A stretch of DNA of 63,865 nt, counting the filler, from Asterionella formosa (Eukaryota): the NCBI GenBank assembly GCA_002256025.1. It is 16 parts of 16 records of this genome, joined end to end, with 100 filler letters (N's around TTAATTAATTAA, not from the genome) between each part and the next. Parts side by side here need not be neighbours in the genome. Positions count along the whole stretch, not along the records: positions 62,535 to 63,865 come from NKIB01002974.1; 15 more parts are not named here. The stretch is one strand, 5' to 3'. The position numbers were made by a program, and so were the translations under genes. This document shows, in pieces, positions 62,535-63,865 of this stretch. The notes below the pieces were generated by a model that saw only the letters and a program-made list of their open reading frames with translations, did no database searches and was not told the origin of the DNA. The first letter of the stretch is position 1, and every line of letters starts with the position of its first letter.

Positions 62535-62951
62535 ATCGACACTGGAATTTGCACTGTCACATTGAAAGAAGACCAATTCAGATCAAATCTTCTCTACCTT
62601 CCCGCCATTATTGTTCTCACAAGTGTTTGGCTTGGTATTGGTTTCGAACTCTTGTCGACTGTGTTGAGAATCAACCCGTTGTTCTGAATCAACCCGTTGT
62701 TATTCCTCCTCATTGGCACTCCGTTCCTCTACACCGGATCTAAATTTATTACAGAGGAGCTTCTCTTCCCTGGTAAATTCATTGCTTTCGGGCCTTGCCC
62801 CAGCTGTGAAGTTGAGAACCGCGTCTACTTTGGAAAGATCTTGGGTGTGGAGGGTTTCACTGACATTGCTAAAGTCAAGTGTCCTAGCTGCAAAACTGAA
62901 TTCATTGGCCAACGTAAGACATTGCGTGCTTCGACCATTCCGAAAGCATAA
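62535..62951 (+). pseudogene. PGRL1: PGR5-like protein 1, 3' part, interrupted by an in-frame stop
   Basis: IDTGICTVT..D.FRSNLLYLP, two TM segments, then GPCPSCEVENRVYFG..LGVEG...VKCPSCK. An 18-bp duplication creates TGA at 62685-62687. Confidence 0.8.
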
Positions 62952-62971
62952 AAAGTCGCACACAATGAACT

Positions 62972-63742
62972 CTAGCCACAAGGAGTATATAAACCGAGAT
63001 AGGCATGGAAGTATGTTTCTTGGTTTTGCAACTTTTCAACCATTTCTACTTCTGAAGTGTTGTCAGCCACGTTTCCGCCGATATTTTCATTCATCGCATG
63101 AATTCGTTCATCAAATGAATGAGAATCACTGAGTTCTTCTTCATTATCAGCGATTTCGGGAAAATGAGGAGCAAAATACGACACTGGATGGTGGAACTGT
63201 GACTCTGTACGAATAGAGTCTTCATCCACAAAGACCAAATGTTTGGGTTTCCTCTTCGAAAGCAATCTTTCCTTCTTTTCAATCTCAGCCACTATTGTAT
63301 CGGCATACTTGCTTCATTATTATTTTTTCTGGAGTATTATGAATCTGTTCAAATTCATCTGATCTTTGAGTGTATTCAAAGGAATCTTCGATTGATTGAT
63401 TTCATAAGTTTCTTCATCTTCTTTTCCGAAAACATAAAGTCGTGTAGTGTAAACAATGGAAGTAAGTCTCGTTTCTTGTTTGACTGATCCTTTCCATGAA
63501 ATCCGTGAAATGCCATTTGGAAAGTTGTCAAAGGGCCAGAAGACTATGATGTAAAACAGTGGAAGGGAAACGCGGAGCTTTTTGCGGCGCTTGTGGAGGT
63601 GCAACTGGTGTGATGGTAACCGAGTGTAGTAATTGTTGAACAGAGCACAGTGTAATATGCATGTTCCGCCAGCGTAGTGTTTACACAATACACATGCTGG
63701 CACATATATAGCTAAAACCAGCCAGGAAAGACGACACAACAA
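62972..63742 (-). pseudogene. Fragmented gene of unknown function (hydrophobic then acidic segments), convergent with PGRL1
   Basis: Consecutive minus-strand ORFs 63742-63320 and 63292-62972 have protein-like composition. No family was recognised. Confidence 0.35.
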
Positions 63743-63865
63743 TGAACGTGATGGCTGGTTGTTGAGGATACCGGTATGTGATATGCATCAATCCATATCA
63801 CAAATCATATTATAGTGATGTACATATCAACGCATCCGTATACTTAGATCCTATCCACTGTATAA

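Overview
This is eukaryotic nuclear DNA, most likely from a diatom. The supporting signs are CoDi-type Copia retrotransposons, short GT-AG introns, a bipartite plastid-targeting presequence, PGRL1 and a diatom-type ankyrin-kinase. The window is not contiguous. It is a concatenation of two ~21.9 kb contigs (1-21896, 21997-43864) and fourteen ~1.33 kb contigs, joined by an artificial 100-bp N44-TTAATTAATTAA-N44 linker, so adjacency across linkers has no biological meaning. Three host genes look intact: a 2347-aa ankyrin-repeat/protein kinase, a 4-exon plastid-targeted double-domain phosphoglycerate mutase, and an MSS116-like DEAD-box helicase. There are also fragments of PGRL1 and two LRR genes, and several pseudogenes. 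Most of the rest is transposon debris: pogo/DDE-1, PIF/Harbinger-type, Copia elements and solo LTRs, MITEs, and tyrosine-recombinase (Crypton-like) elements. Three observations stand out. (1) Comparing repeat copies shows recurrent TA->TA-CCGG-TA and TA->TA-CCTGG-TA insertions, suggesting that the conspicuous GGTACC-rich palindromic clusters are piles of iterated DNA-transposon excision footprints. (2) A multi-copy, intron-containing tyrosine-recombinase element family carries a conserved long terminal hairpin. (3) An inverted, CpG-decayed copy of a piece of the kinase gene sits at the end of a pogo element. All calls are from reading the sequence; no database searches were run.
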